NCBI RefSeq assembly: GCF_009914755.1
Contig: NC_060936.1
From: the human T2T-CHM13v2.0 reference genome, Homo sapiens
DNA: 64,000 bases
Direction: 5' to 3' (one strand)
The notes beneath the pieces are model-generated. The model made no database searches and was not told where the DNA came from. It was given only the letters and a program-made list of their open reading frames with translations. The translations under genes were made by a program, and so were the position numbers. The stretch's first letter is position 1, and the number at the start of each line of letters is the position of its first letter. Positions 13,370-27,956 of the stretch are shown piece after piece.

Positions 13370-14663
13370 TTTTTTACAGTTTCATTGGAATATAATTAAT
13401 AGGTGAAAAAACTGTATATATTTAATGTTTACAATTTGATGTGTTTGGACATATACATATATCCATGATACCATCACCACAATTAAGGGTAATAAAAGTA
13501 TCCATCACCTTCAAAAGTTTCCTTGTGTTCCTTTGCCTTTTGTGTCTATTTTATATGTCTGTGTGTATGTTAAGAACACGTGATATGAGATCTAACCTCT
13601 TAACAAATTTTTAAGCGCACAACACCATATTGTTAATTAAAGGCACTTTGTTGTAAAGCAGATATCCAGAACTTACTCATCAAGAATAACTGTAACTTTA
13701 TGCACATTGAATAACAACTCCCTCTTTCACCTTACTGCCATGCTTGCCAATCACCATTCTATTTTCTAATTCTGTAAGTTTGACTATTGTATTTGCCTTA
13801 TATAAGAGGAATCATGAAGTATTTGTCCTTCTGTGGCTGACTTATTTCACTTAGCATAATGTTTTCCAGGCCCATCCATGTTGTTGCAAATGGTAGGATT
13901 TTATTCATTTTAAGGATGAATAATGTTTCATTACATATATCCACTCCACATTTTCTTTATTCATTTGTAGGTCAGTAGGGACATGTGAATCATTCCCATA
14001 GCTTGGCTATTCTGAATAATGCTCCAATGCACACTGAAGTATAGATTTCTCTTTGAGACCCTGATTTCATTTCTTTTGGGCATATATCCAGGAGTGGAAT
14101 TGCTGGATCATATGGTAGTTCTAATTTTAAATTTCTGAAGAACATCCATACTGTTTTCCATAGTGGTTGCACCATTTTATATTCCCATCAACAGTATACA
14201 AGGATTCTAATTTCTCCATATCCTCATCAACACTTCTTGTCTTTTTGCTGTTGCTGTTGCTGTTTTTATAACAGCCATTTTAACAGTTATGAGGTGATAT
14301 CTCATTGCAGTTTTGATTTGCATTGCCCTGATGACTAGTGATGTTGAGCACCTTTTCAAATACCTGCTGGCCATATCTATGTCTTCTTTGGAGAAATGTC
14401 AATTTAAACACTATTCTCAGTTTTAAATTTTTAGATTTAGACTTTTGTTTTTGTTTTTGCTGAGCTGTAGGAGTGCCTTATCTATTTTTAAAATTAACCC
14501 TTTATCAAACATATGGTTTGCAAATATTCTCCCCCATTTTTGGGTTTCCTTTTCACTGCTTGTTTGTTTTCTTTGCTGAAGAAGCTTTTGAGTTTGATGT
14601 AGTCCCACTTGTCTATTTTTGCTTTGTCATCTGTGCTTCTGGTGGCAAATTCATGAAATCATT
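13370..14663 (-). mobile_element. L1MA (late MA-like) 3' portion
   Basis: Reverse-strand 3'UTR plus ORF2 C-terminus (ORF track 13990-14175 [21 protein letters not shown]). Confidence 0.88.
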
Positions 14664-15785
14664 AAACACTCAACAAACTAGGTATAGAAGGAATGTGCCT
14701 CAGTGTAATACTCCATATGGCAAATCCAAAGCTAACATTATACTCAATGTTGAAAATCAAAGCTATTTTTCTAAGATTAGGAACAAGACAATGATGACCA
14801 TGCTTATGACTTCTATTCAACACAGTACTGGAAGTCCTAACCAGAGTAACTAATCAAGAAAAAGGAATAAAAGGCATCCAAATAAGTAGAAAGAAGTAAA
14901 ATTACCTCTGCAAATGACATGATCTTATAAGTAGCAAACCCTAAAGACTCCACCAAAAACACTCTTAGAACTAATAAATGAATTCAGTAAAGCTGTAGAA
15001 TACTATTTACAAAATCAACAAACAAAAAACGATTGCACATATACTAAACAAATTATTCAAAAATAAATTAAGAAACAATCCTATTTACAACAGTATCAAA
15101 AAGAATAAAAAACTTGGGGAAAACTTAAAAACTTAACCAAGGAGTTGAAGACTTATAAATTGAGAACTATAATACATTGATGAAAGACATTAAGGAATCT
15201 ACAAATAAATAGAAAGACATTTTGTGTTAATGAATTGGAAGACTTATAATGTTAAAATGTTCATCCTACACAAAGAAACCTACATATTCACTGCTATTCC
15301 CACCAAAATACAAGTTTCTATTTCTTACAGAAATAGAAAACGTAATTCTAAAGTTTATATGGAACAATAAAAGACCCAGAATAGCCAACACAATTTCAAG
15401 TAAGAACAAACTTGGAGGCATCACATTTCCTGATTTCAAACTATATTACAATGCTATAGTAATCAAAACAGTATCATATTGGCATAAAAACAGGCACATA
15501 GACCAACAGAACAGAATAGAGAGCCCAGAAATAAACCCACACATATGGTCAACTGATCTTCAACAAAGGCACTAAGAATACACATTATAAAAAGGATAGT
15601 CTCTGCAACAAATGATGTTGAGAAAACTGAATATTCAGTATTCGTGTGCAAAATAATGAAACTGGACCTCTATCTTATACCATACACAAAAATCAACTAA
15701 AATGGATTAAAGACTTAAATGTAAAACTTGGAAGTGTAAAACCCCTAGAAAAAAGATAGAGGAAAAGCTTCATGACACTGGTCTT
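14664..15785 (+). mobile_element. Inverted 5' segment of the same L1MA (ORF2 RT/C-terminal region)
   Basis: ORF2 remnant (ORF track 15249-15575 [13 protein letters not shown]...[12 protein letters not shown]). Ends exactly where the minus segment begins in L1 coordinates. Confidence 0.88.
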
Positions 15786-16234
15786 TTTCTCCTTCTAATT
15801 CCAACATTAATAACATGTGAATTGCTATGAAGATAATACAATTTTGAAATACAATAAATAAGAGGAAAAGCTTTTCCACTTCTTACCATAAAAATCCCAC
15901 TGAATTTACAGTATTTCAAACTTACTGCCTCCCTAAAGGCCTCCCCAAATATTTCTCACTGATTTCTGTTCTTCCCATTGACTCCTATAGCATTTATGGC
16001 CTGAAAAAAATGGCTAAAACTTTGTTATATACAATTTAAATAGCTAAATTGCACATAACACAAGATGTACATTTCTGATAATAAATAGCTTACCAAATTT
16101 CACTTTTTAAAAACTCATAATGAGCTCTGTCATTTCTTAAAGTCTCTCCTTCTCTGTCCTTCCCTAGTTATATTTTCAAACAGGCCTTGGGCCTGAATTG
16201 AGTTAAAAAACAATAATTCTAGGATCTGTAGCTT

Positions 16235-16395
16235 AATTGTGTATCTACATCAATTTCCTTGTTTTGCTAATGCATTGTGGTCATGTAAGATATCATCATT
16301 GAGGGGAATTAGGTGTAGGGTACACAGGAACTCTCTATTATTTTTGCAACTCTGTATAATTATCTAATATTATTTCAATATAAAAAGTTGTAAAA
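16235..16395 (+). mobile_element. L1M 3' end fragment
   Basis: catgtaagatatcatcattgagggg...tacacaggaactctctattatttttgcaact. Confidence 0.6.
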
Positions 16396-17770
16396 ATCAT
16401 TTATTCTGCTGAATACATACTATCACTGGCTGATTTTGAATTGTAAGTTATACACGCTCAGGAAAACACTATGGTCCCTGAGGACAAGAAAAAATTTACA
16501 TAGTTCTTTGGACTTCTCCCACAAATATTAGCATTTTATTGGGCTTATAGAGGGAGGACTGAAGAAAGGGTGGAAGAATTAGGAACACAGTAGGATTTTC
16601 ACAAATATTTGTAAACCGATAAGTGGGAGACCTAAGAAATCGTGGGTTAAATTTTGGGACCTGAAGATTCACATGTACTGTGTTCCTGATTTTACCTCTT
16701 TTGGAGAACCGCTAAGAAGTAGATTCAAGATACGAAATATTTGAATGGAAAAGAAAGTCCCAGACTTTGGAACAGATCACTGTTATTCATACTACCATGT
16801 ATGGCTGAGTCATCCTTTAAACCGTCAAACTCAACATGTGTTGCCAAATGACTAGGAAGCTGGCTCAGTTGTTAGATTCAGTTGTAATTTATGGGGTTCT
16901 TAGTGCAAAAATAACTCAATTACTTTTCAGACAAAGTCACAATTTTTTATTTGTACTTTTTCTTTTTGACTTCACCTCTTAAATTACTGTCCAATGGCAC
17001 AAAACAAGAAAGAACTTTTTAAAAGATTTAAAAAACAGGAAATGCATCATTGAGGAAAAGACGTTATCTTTGTACCTAAAACAGTGGAAACTTAGGAACT
17101 TTTCTCAACACTGCTGTTCTTTCTATCTACCATTGCATAAGTTTTATAAATACCACTGTCAAAGAGCAATTTAATATCATTTTTCCAAATACTGGGGAAA
17201 GAAAAACGATCTGACTTTAATTTGGTTTTATCTAAGACTTAACTATATGGAGCGAGGTGTCAATAACTCAAGGTTATGGGTTCAACTCCTATACAGCTAC
17301 TGAGATTCTATCAGCAGAAAATTTGTAACAGGGTCATAGACTATATATTTAATCCCCAAACACTTACCATGCAATCTAGCTCAATCCCTTCCCACTATTA
17401 TCATATAGCACAAAGTATCATCTTAAAATCAAAGTTCATCCTGTCACAATTGTTGAGGCTTACATTTTATTTTTTAAACAAAATTCACCCTTCTATGATG
17501 TAAAGAAAAAGTTCTAGTTTTAAGGAACCACAGGAAGGCTTCACATGTGCTCTGGCCCACAGAATATTTTTTTACTCACTTTGTCTCTTCTCACTAAAAT
17601 GTTAACTCCATAAAGGCAGAGAGCTCCTTGTTTTATTACTATAGTGTCAGTACACCCAACAGGGCATGGCACTCAATGCGCTGAATGTGCAGCTCACAAA
17701 AAGCTATATGCTTTTCTGAAGCTGAAAACACATACCTCAAATGGAAATTGAGTACTCAGCAAACTTAACA

Positions 17771-17959
17771 CAGTGATTCCCGGAATGTGGGTCCTAGACT
17801 AGCAGCATCAGCATCACTGAAGAACTTGTTAGAAATACAAATTCTCTGGCTTCGGTGCAGACCTACTGAGTCAGAACCTGTGGAGGTGGGGTCCTGAAAC
17901 ATACATTTTAACAAGCTCTGCTGGTGATCCCGAGGCATGGTAAAGTTTGATATCAACTG
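17771..17959. mobile_element. MER5A DNA transposon
   Basis: cagtgattcc...agcagcatcagcatcact...gacctactgagtcagaa...aagtttgatatcaactg. Confidence 0.85.
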
Positions 17960-18519
17960 CTATAACCCAATAAAAAAACACATTTCCAAACTCAGCTCTG
18001 GTTTGCAGCAGCAGTGCTAAATCACATAAATTCAGCCATTTTAGTACAAAAGTATTCATTCATATCTTGGAATAAATGCCTGGGAAATGAGTTTCTGCAT
18101 AGGATAGATATTTGGGCCAATAATGGTTGATCACTGTTAGGCACTTTCTGTAGCAATGTGTCTTGATTCCTAAGAAAAGCATGGGAGAGAGAAACAAGAG
18201 ACATAAAATACAATATTAAGCAGGAGATTGTAACTGTGAAGCTTCTCCCCAGCTCACCTTTGTTATGGCAAATCTCCTAAACAGAAGTTATTTACTGACC
18301 ACAGAAGTAATGTGATACAGTGTTAACGTGCCTGCACCAAGAACCAAAGACCTATGCTTTTGTTAACCAGTTGTAAGTTACCCAAAAAGTGACATAATTT
18401 CACTAGAATTTCTCATCGTTTCGAGAACTAAATAATAGCTCATTGAGTGGAAAATTCTGTGATTCAAGTGCCACAAGGGTCCATTAGTTCCAAAACATTA
18501 GTTCCAAAACAAACATTTC

Positions 18520-19185
18520 CAGATGATAGAAAGTGGGGAGGGATAAGAGACATGCTGGATCCAAAAGGCTCCCGATGCACCAGGAGAATTGATTAAATCT
18601 AATAAAATAATGCTTAAGAGGATGAAAATGAACATCTATACCTGGGTTAAACACACACACATTGCTCAGGTACAGATTTGGGAAGGTTTGGCTCAGCAAT
18701 GGCATACGTTAAAAACAAACAAACAAACAAACAAACAAAAACAACCATCTCCATTTGCAATAAACTCCCCATGAGCCAACATTATGTTGTCTCTTATCCT
18801 GAAACCAACAGTGACCTCAGGATGCCTCAGCAGAAGCAAAGGATCTAGAAGCAAAATCACAGTTGTGCTCTGATCTGTTCTGGGTACACCACATCTGAAA
18901 TGTCTCTTTGATTCCAGGTCCACATTTCATGGAGTGCATTGTAGAGCGAAAGAGAGAGGATGATGCTTTGAAAACCTCACAGGGGTAAACCAAGAGACTT
19001 TTTGTAGCTAGACTATAGAAGAAGAGACTCAGGCATGAGTCAAGGCATGCTGGCTATGTTCAATTTTGTGAAGGGCTGTCATAAGGAGAGGGATTTATCA
19101 TGCTCTACGTGACACTGAGGGGATAAAGTTAAAGTCAATGCCTAGAAGCTACAGAAAAACCTTTGGTTCCAAAGAAGGAAAAGCA
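18520..19185 (+). mobile_element. L3/CR1 LINE remnant (contains an (AAAC)n at ~18712-18742)
   Basis: Degenerate CR1-like motifs (aaatctaataaaat...aggtacagatttggga; agaagagactcagg...tgtgaagggctgtcat). Confidence 0.55.
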
Positions 19186-19200
19186 ACAAACAGGAAGAAC

Positions 19201-19582
19201 TGTTGGGATAATTTAATGTGTGAATCTGGCTGGGCTATAGTATCCATTGATTCAATCAAACACTAATGTAAGGGTTTTGTCGATGTAGTTAATATCAGTA
19301 GACTAGTGGTAGTAAAGGAGACTACCCCTGATAATATGGATGGGCCTCATCCAATTCTTGGACGGCCTTAAGTGAAAAAACTGAGGTTTCCTAGAGCAGA
19401 AGAAATCCTGCCTTAAGATTGCAACATTATCTCCTGCCTGAGTTTCCACCCTGCCAACCTTACAGATTTCAGTCTTGCCAGCTGCCACAATCAAAAGAGA
19501 CAATTGCTTTGAATGAATGAATGAATGTGTGTGTGTGTGTATTCTATTGGTTGTATTTCCCTGGGGAACCCTGACTAATACA
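19201..19582 (+). mobile_element. MLT2 (ERVL) solo LTR
   Basis: ataatatggatgggcctcatccaattc ... ctattggttgtatttccctggggaaccctgactaataca. Confidence 0.85.
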
Positions 19583-22454
19583 GTTGTGCAAAGGTGGATG
19601 TGCAAGAATGATCTACTTCCGGTCATGTTGCATTCCTGTCACTGGAGACAGTCAAGTTCAGGCAAGGAAACCACTTTGGTCATAATAAGGAGACTATTTA
19701 AAATATATGACCCTTGATATAATTTTAAAGCACGTGTGGCAAACTAGACAACATAGTCTAATTCAAATTTTTCATTTATTTATTAAGTCCTAGTATGTGT
19801 CAAATATTGTGTGAGGCTCTAGAGGTATAATGAACAGAAACAGCTACTGCTTTGCCTTTTTGGAAGGTACATGGATCCTGTACGATATGCAGGGATACCA
19901 GATCAGCTCTTCTAGAACTCAAAATTGGTGCTCAACAGATACTTGTTGAATGAACAACTGAATGAATGAATAAAAATATATTTTAAGATTGTAGGGAAAT
20001 ATATAAATACACACATATATACATACATGTACATACATGTTAATTGAGAAATCTGGCAAAAATATTAGAAGGTTTTAAAGCTTTAATTTTTATAACGATA
20101 AGATTTGATTATTAAAACATTATATAAACACACCATGTGTCCTTCTCTGATAAGGCGTAAGTCTAAGTTATTGTCCTAAACCCTCCTCTCCTTTTTGACT
20201 GCCCACTTTACATACTGATACTTAAAAAAAAAAAAATCAACTCAATGTCTCTTCATGTGACATATTTGAAACCAAAAATTCCTAAGGCATTGAAACTACA
20301 ACCTCCGGATATGCTGTCACATTCCTCCCTGCTAGGCAGTCCATGGAGGAACACAAACAGCCAACTGCTGGACTGAGTGTATTCATCTGGCCTTCAGTAG
20401 CGGACAGCCAGAGAATTCACCATGCTGCTTCTCCAAAGACAAATGTTAAGGAACATAAGGGGAAAAAATGGATGAAGATCAATAATAACAGAACCTTACT
20501 ATTAAGCCGACATTTGTATCAGACTTGTAATTTTTCAAAGTACCTTCAGTGCCATAATTTCATTTTGTCCTACCTGCATTCTGTAAAAATTGAAAAAAGA
20601 ACAATTGAATCCATCATTGGGCAGATGAATAAAAGGAGATAAGGATGAAATTAAAATAAGGTTCTAATCCTACAGTCAATTGTGTGCGTCTTCATTATTA
20701 GATCATAAGGACAGGACACAGTGTAATGTAGGCTATTTATATAACAATGAGAAACATATTCTTTAGCAAAAGATGATTCATCAGTTTTTTTTTTTAACAC
20801 TTGATCCGAGGCTATAAGAAATAGAATACTGCATTACAGGAGAACGCTCTTTTATATAAAAGTTGCTGAGAATTTTGGCTATTTTGGTTGATAACACACC
20901 TGGTACTCCCAGAGGGCTTTGCCATGCATTGGTTATTTATTGGTTACTGTGAATTTCTTATAAAAACAAAATCCATCAGGTTTTACAAAGTTTGTATGAT
21001 AAAATTCTAATGGTCATTTCATTTTCTAATATAAAATATCTGAGAAGATGTGGAAAATAACTGAATGATACAAAATGAAAACCTTTGATAGCAAAGTTGC
21101 AAAAGCCTTGCATTGAGTCATAGACTGGAATGCTAGACTTGGCTCTAGCACCAACAAGCTGGGTGATCTCGCTAAGGATCTCTCTCTCACATGTATCTCT
21201 CATATGTATGGATAAGCTTTACATATTTGTTTATTCATGCTGAAATTATCTATTTCAGACTGCCCTGCCTTTACAATATAGCAACTCATTTTTCATGGGA
21301 TGGAAGAAATTATGTGTTTTTCTGAAACCACATCAATTTTCAAAAGCAGCTGTAGCAACAGACATGCATTTGCACTGGAATTTTGGCTTCAAGGCCAGTA
21401 CCACCTTGAAAATCTGGCTGATTTCCCCAAACCCATAAGTTGGAGAAATACCAGGAATAAAAAGGGGAATTACAAGGATGATTTAAAATGTTCTTCCCTC
21501 CACTTAAAGTTAGTCTTTTCAAGTTGCCAAGAAAACAAGTCAAGATCAAAATGGAATTAATAGATAGCTGGTATTTAACTACAGAAACATTGCAATGAAT
21601 AAATTAGCCATTAGTTTAAAATAAAGGACAATTGAATTTTAATAATATATTCCAATAAAAAAGCAAGAACAGAGATATGTCCTTTTGGCTTTGAGAAATA
21701 ATTCTTAATTTTGTTTTGTTTTGTTTTCCAGTATTGTTTCCCCCCCAATCATATTTTTCTTAAGAGAAAAGCCTTAACTAAGAAATGATCATTGTCAACC
21801 TGCAAAGTACTTAGCCACCTACCAGTAACAATTCACTTTCATTTTTTTTTCTAGATTTTTGTTTACTTTTATTTTCCTATGCCCTCTTAAGCACCATTTC
21901 TCTTTTTTCTTCCTGGGCATACAAGAAAGGTCAGTGATGACTTAAAAATTGCACAGAGGTCTGCCTTTTATACATATACGTAGGCATATACCTGCAATTT
22001 GAAAACATGGTTTAATTGGTCTTGGGGTAGAAAAAACAAATTACAATGGACTCATCTAGGCTGTTTGCCTCCTTTTGCTTTTCTGTCTTTGCAGGTAAAG
22101 GAAGATACAAACCCTGTAAAGCCACAGGTAACCAGAGCACTATATTTTAGGACAACAAAAAGGCTCCTTTTTTCTAACTACACCCAAATTTGTCTCAAAA
22201 CCACCTCCCTCCCTTTGGTCCAATTATTTAAAAAACAATTATTCCTCTAACCACCAACTACACAAGAAATCAATAGGATTTCTGGTAGTCCTTCAATTTC
22301 ATAAACCAACTAGGAAAAGCTTCTTTACATACACACATGTGTTAAGGGGCCATGCAAGCTCTGCATCCACATGGGCAGAGGGAAGCATAATCTGCCCCTC
22401 TTCTTACCTTGATTAATGTTTTTAGCAAATTTACCACAAAGATTATATAATCTT

Positions 22455-22556
22455 ATGTCCACACTCCCATGTTCACTGCAGAATTTTTCACAATAGCCAA
22501 GACATGAAAACAACTTAATGCCCATCAATGGATAAATGGATTTTAGAATGTCATTT

Positions 22557-22605
<49 letters not shown>

Positions 22606-23105
22606 TGGAATGCTATTCGGCCTTAAAAAGGCAGAAAATTCTATAATTTCTAACCACATGGATGAACATAGAGGAAATGATGCTAAGTGAAATAAGTCTG
22701 GCACAGAGAGACAAATACCATATGATCTCACTGATATGTGGAATCTAAAAAAGTCAAACTCATAGACACAGAGAGTGGAACAGTGGTTAACGTCACTGGG
22801 AGGGTTATCAGTGGGCAAAACCAAGGCATTGGTCATAGGGTACAAAGTTTCAGTTACACAGGAGGAAGATGTTCTGGTGATCTATTGCACAGAATGGTGA
22901 CTATAGTTCACAATAATGTATTGTGCACTTCAAAATTGCTAACAGAGAGGATTTTAAATATTCTAACTACAAAGAAATGACACTTGAGGGGATGGACATG
23001 CTAATTCACCTGGTTTGATCATTCCGTAATGCATATATGTATCAAAACATCAAATTATACTCTATAAACATTTATAGTTACTCTGTCAACTAAAAATAAA
23101 ACAAA
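22455..23105 (+). mobile_element. L1MA 3' end
   Basis: cactcccatgttcactgcag...atgatctcactgatatgtggaatctaaaaaag...gggtacaaagtttcagtta...A-rich tail. Confidence 0.85.
22560..22603. repeat. (AC)22 microsatellite inside L1MA
   Basis: Pure AC run. Confidence 0.98.
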
Positions 23106-23317
23106 ATCCTTGAGTGATGGTGAAAAATATATAGAATCTTAGAAAATAATGCTCCAAAAGTTTAATGGCTAGTTGGGTCCTCAAGGAGGTAGAAACTGAG
23201 ATACAGGGTTGTTGTCAGTGCTCACATTCACGTGGTATGCACAGCCGAGGCTACTTCTTATATCTGTGGTCCTCAAGTGGACCTGAAACCTATGTGATAT
23301 TAGAGCCACGAATAAAC

Positions 23318-23631
<314 letters not shown>

Positions 23632-25266
23632 ACGAATAAACTTTTTATATCTTCCTGAAAAGTCCATTTTAGTCACTGAGTTTTAGGGCAGATTGTTTTT
23701 ATGTTTAAGCAAACATAGATATATTAGGGATTAATAGTAAGTTTTGCATATATTTTATATAACTATAAAACATGCAAAATACTTACATGATTATGAGATG
23801 CTTACACATCCCAAACCCCCTAGATTTTTCTTTCTCCTATTAAAAGTACTTTGAAAACAATATTCAGAAAGCATCCTACTATGCCACTTAGTCTGAGGAA
23901 GGGGAAAAATTGGTATATAGCTACTTAAATAGAGAAGAAGTTCTAAAACACAAAATGTAGTTCTATAGCATAAGAAAACTGACCTACCCAAGATGCGACT
24001 GAGGTTTCTGTTTTTTTATTATATATATGTGAGATCTCATAAATATATCTCAGCCTGAAGTATACATATATTTTAAAGCAGGTTTTGACGGTTATCTTAA
24101 AAGTCACATTTAAAATTAGAATAGTCCCTGTCCCACTTAAAAATAAGATGAAAAAAGCTTTTAAAAACTTCTTTATAATTGACAGAGAAAAAAGCAGACA
24201 AGAAAAAGAACAAAAAATAGGATGAAAAATCACTTCTCTTTGTGCCACGGAAAAAAATATCACAAGCTTGTTTGTGTTTGGCATCCAGTTTATAGCTTGG
24301 CAATCTGAGTCTATGAACTTAAGCCTTCATGGATGAGTGCACCAATTGGCTTTTGAATTACAGGATAGCATTACTCAATTAACTTTAAGACTAGCCCTTT
24401 CAAGCAATATAGTTAGCTGTGGCACACAATATTTCAGTTCTAAAATGAGAATGTCAACTGTGAAGCTAAATTTACAATTTCAGTTGTTTCTCTATCAGCC
24501 CCCTCCCACACTTACTACAAATCTGAATAATACGACTACAAGAAGCATTTAAATAAAAATGTGTGCATTCTAGGCTTATTGGCAAGTCTTATCACTTTAA
24601 TTACTTGGAGCTTGTCAAAATATAGGCTGATGCACACAAGTAAGGAAATCTGTGCCTTGCATGCCACATTATTAGTGCTTCACCCTTAGCCAATGAAAGT
24701 AAATGTTTACCCGGCTGGGGCAAGAAAAGATAGAAAGGGCTGGGAAATCATGACCCTACACTTTGCAGCGTCCCCACAGAGTTCACTGTACTATCCCTAT
24801 GCCAGCAAGCTCACTTGAAGACAGAACTGCAAGATAAACTTAGAAGGAACAAGAATTCCCCCAATACAGCAGACCATGTAAACACTTATATATTACACAC
24901 ATGTGCGTGCACATACACACATCCCTCACATGTTTTATCAGTGCTCCTTAGTAATCAGCACATTATTAAATTTTTGCCTTTGCTGACATGTCTGTGGTCA
25001 AACTGTCAATGAAAAAGTTCTGGTAAATGTTAAATTCTGTTTTAAATATAGACGGCCTATCTATCACCTGGGCTTAGGAAGCCATCTGCCACATACCAGA
25101 AGCACTTTCAAATTTAAAAGTGTTAATTTATTGGTGACACTAATATATTTCTGGCTTTTTACAAGATTAAATATAAGCCATACGAAGTATTGTTATGATC
25201 ATCTGTGGTCAAGCTATAATTGACATTAACCAGATTTTAGGTTCAAGAAAGAGAAAAACAGAGAAA

Positions 25267-25269
<3 letters not shown>

Positions 25270-25313
<44 letters not shown>

Positions 25314-25319
25314 TGTGTG
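25270..25319. repeat. (TG)n(CG)n microsatellite
   Basis: Alternating purine-pyrimidine run of ~50 bp. Confidence 0.97.
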
Positions 25320-25970
25320 GAGTTTTTACCTTATAAGCTGTCTGACTTAGTGAAAACCAAAATACTCACTTGAATGCAAGTATATCTTTAATTGTATGTT
25401 TTCACTGTGGAACTTACAAATTAAAAAAGCATACCTTAACAAATTATAATAATATAAGCTAATTTTGAGCATTTGCAATGTGCCAGGAACACTTGCATGT
25501 AACAACTCATTCAATCCTAGTAACAACTGAGATGCTATTATATGTTCTTCATAGTTGAAGAAATCGACTGGTTAAGTAACTTGCCAAAGTTGCCAAGTTC
25601 ACAGGGCAAACAAAAGCTCACACTCTTTAACTCCAAGCTATACGACTCCTCGTTAGCAAATGGGCAATATGGTCTTATTTACCCCCAATTCCTACTGGTA
25701 TTAAGTGTGGGGAAAGTAGAGGGGACAGGTAAGACTTAAGCCTCTGAAACAATTCAGTGAGGAGCTACCGAATTACATTCCAGCAGGTATAATTTCTTGC
25801 AGACTTAAACAAGCAAAAGTTACCTATAAGACTGATAAAGTCTCTGCAGTAGAAAGATAAATGTGTGATACAATGATGAGGCAGAGACATCAAATAGCCA
25901 TATTCACAAAGAATCAGAATCAACATAAATTCAATATTGTTGCAGTCTATTTTCAAAATTGTTGCATATG

Positions 25971-26128
<158 letters not shown>

Positions 26129-26499
26129 TTGGTAGATATGAAGTAGTTTGTGGTCGTTTTCACTGAACTATGGAAAAAGGTTTCACAATTTTCACCCATG
26201 CATCAAACGAGTGCTACTTTTAAAATGTGAGGTGCAGTTACAGGTCTCAGAAAAATAATTTAATGTTGACATAGGAAAACACTGTCTGTTTATAGATGAC
26301 AGACAAAAAGGCAATTGTTAAAGATATGTAGTCTGTCATTGTCATTTTCACCTAAATGAAAACAAACACAAATGGTGGAATGTATTCAAGGCAAATAGAG
26401 AAAACAGTCCAAAGAAGATTTGAATGTTAGAGTTGGAAAGAAACTTAGTGAGCAATTTCAACCTGTGCATTTTACATAAAATAAAATTCAGGTCAGCAG

Positions 26500-26950
26500 A
26501 ATTTGATCTCTCTGTGCAGGTGTTATCTTCAGCTTTGGGTGTGAGTAGCACTTCTAGGGGCAGTGTATGGAGTAAGGACGCAAGAGGATGATATATAGAA
26601 CCCTGGAAGCTTCAACTTTGAGAAGTGCGCAGACGAAGAGCAAACCCATGAAAACAGCTAGTTAGGAGCTACGGAGAGAGAGCAGCAAAGCCAAAGAGTG
26701 TGATGTCATGGGAGCCTGGGAAGGAAGGAATTTCAGGAAAGAATAAGCAGCTGTGTGATGATAGAAAGAAGTCTAAGAAGATCAGAACTGGAAAATGATC
26801 ATTAGATGTGTTGGTCATTGTTTGGTAGTGACCTTAGCAAAAGCAGTTTCAGTAGCATGGTTGTAACAGAAGATGGCTATGTTTTAAGCAATGAATGGGA
26901 GAGTTAAAAAAAGATAAGACAGTAAGGGAAGAACCCATATTCAATAAGCT
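26500..26950 (-). mobile_element. L2 remnant
   Basis: tgatgtcatgggagcc...gtgaccttagcaaaagcagtttcagtag. Confidence 0.6.
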
Positions 26951-27941
26951 TGAAGAAAAGAAAAAGATGAAGCAGTGGACGAAGACATGCGTGAGGAAAA
27001 ATGGTCAGGTGAGAATGAGAGGAATAATTGAAACAATGTGGGGAAAGGCAACGAAAACAGGCATCCCAGCTCAGGCTGATGCATGAGCCTTGACAGGAGG
27101 AGACACCCAGCTTGCTCCGAGATCATGAAGATGGGAAACGGATGGACGCACGTACAGCTACGTGGTTCTCTCAGCTGAGTTTTCATTTTTATGTTTGACT
27201 TCTTAAATCGCATGTAGGTTATTTTAACAAATGATACAAGGTTTTAAAAAATCTCCTTCCCTTATTGCCTTTGGAAGTCTGGAATGAAGGAATAAATGGT
27301 CAGCCTCAAGCCTAGACCCTGCACTCACAAGGAGTTAGACAAGCTCTTGCTGGCAGTGCACATCTTCTCCCACACTGCCTTCCCTCCATCCTCCACTCAC
27401 AGGAATCATTTCCTCATTCTCCAGATCCTTCTACCAGCTACAGAAATTAGGTTCTCACGCCATTAGGAAACACTGAGGAGATTAACAGGGAGGAGTTTAA
27501 CTATCTTCAATCTTGTGAAGGCTGGCAGTTTCTTAGCCTTGCCAACTATCTATTTTCCTTGTGTGGTTTCTGCCAGAGGCAAGAGCAAACCAAACAGAAG
27601 AAAATGGTGGTAGCAGGAAAGAGTACTCTTGAGAAAATTAAAAGAAAAACGAGAGACAAAGACTTAGAAGAGGGAAGATTACTGCTGAAATTAAACCAGA
27701 CAGCAGGTTAGAAAAGAAAGGTTGGTCACAGAATTAAAAAGCAATTATGTGTATTTGTCTAAGATTTTGTGGATTACCTAATGTATTGGATTATACAGTT
27801 TATTTCCAAACAGGTTTCCCTCTACAAACATGCACCTACCAGATATCTGTTTGAGTCCTTTCCTGAGAACCAAAAGCTCTGTGTACAGTTAATTATGGTT
27901 CCTTCCTCCAGTAAGAGACTAAGGCAAGAGGTTACCCTGAA

Positions 27942-27956
27942 AGGTCATGCTGCCCT
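27942..27956. promoter_or_regulatory. Candidate estrogen response element, RERG intron 2
   Basis: AGGTCA-tgc-TGCCCT, one mismatch to AGGTCAnnnTGACCT, ~750 bp downstream of exon 2. Confidence 0.5.

Noticed and set aside
21929-21942. GGTCA-gtga-TGACT as an ERE
   Set aside because: Spacer is 4 nt, not 3.
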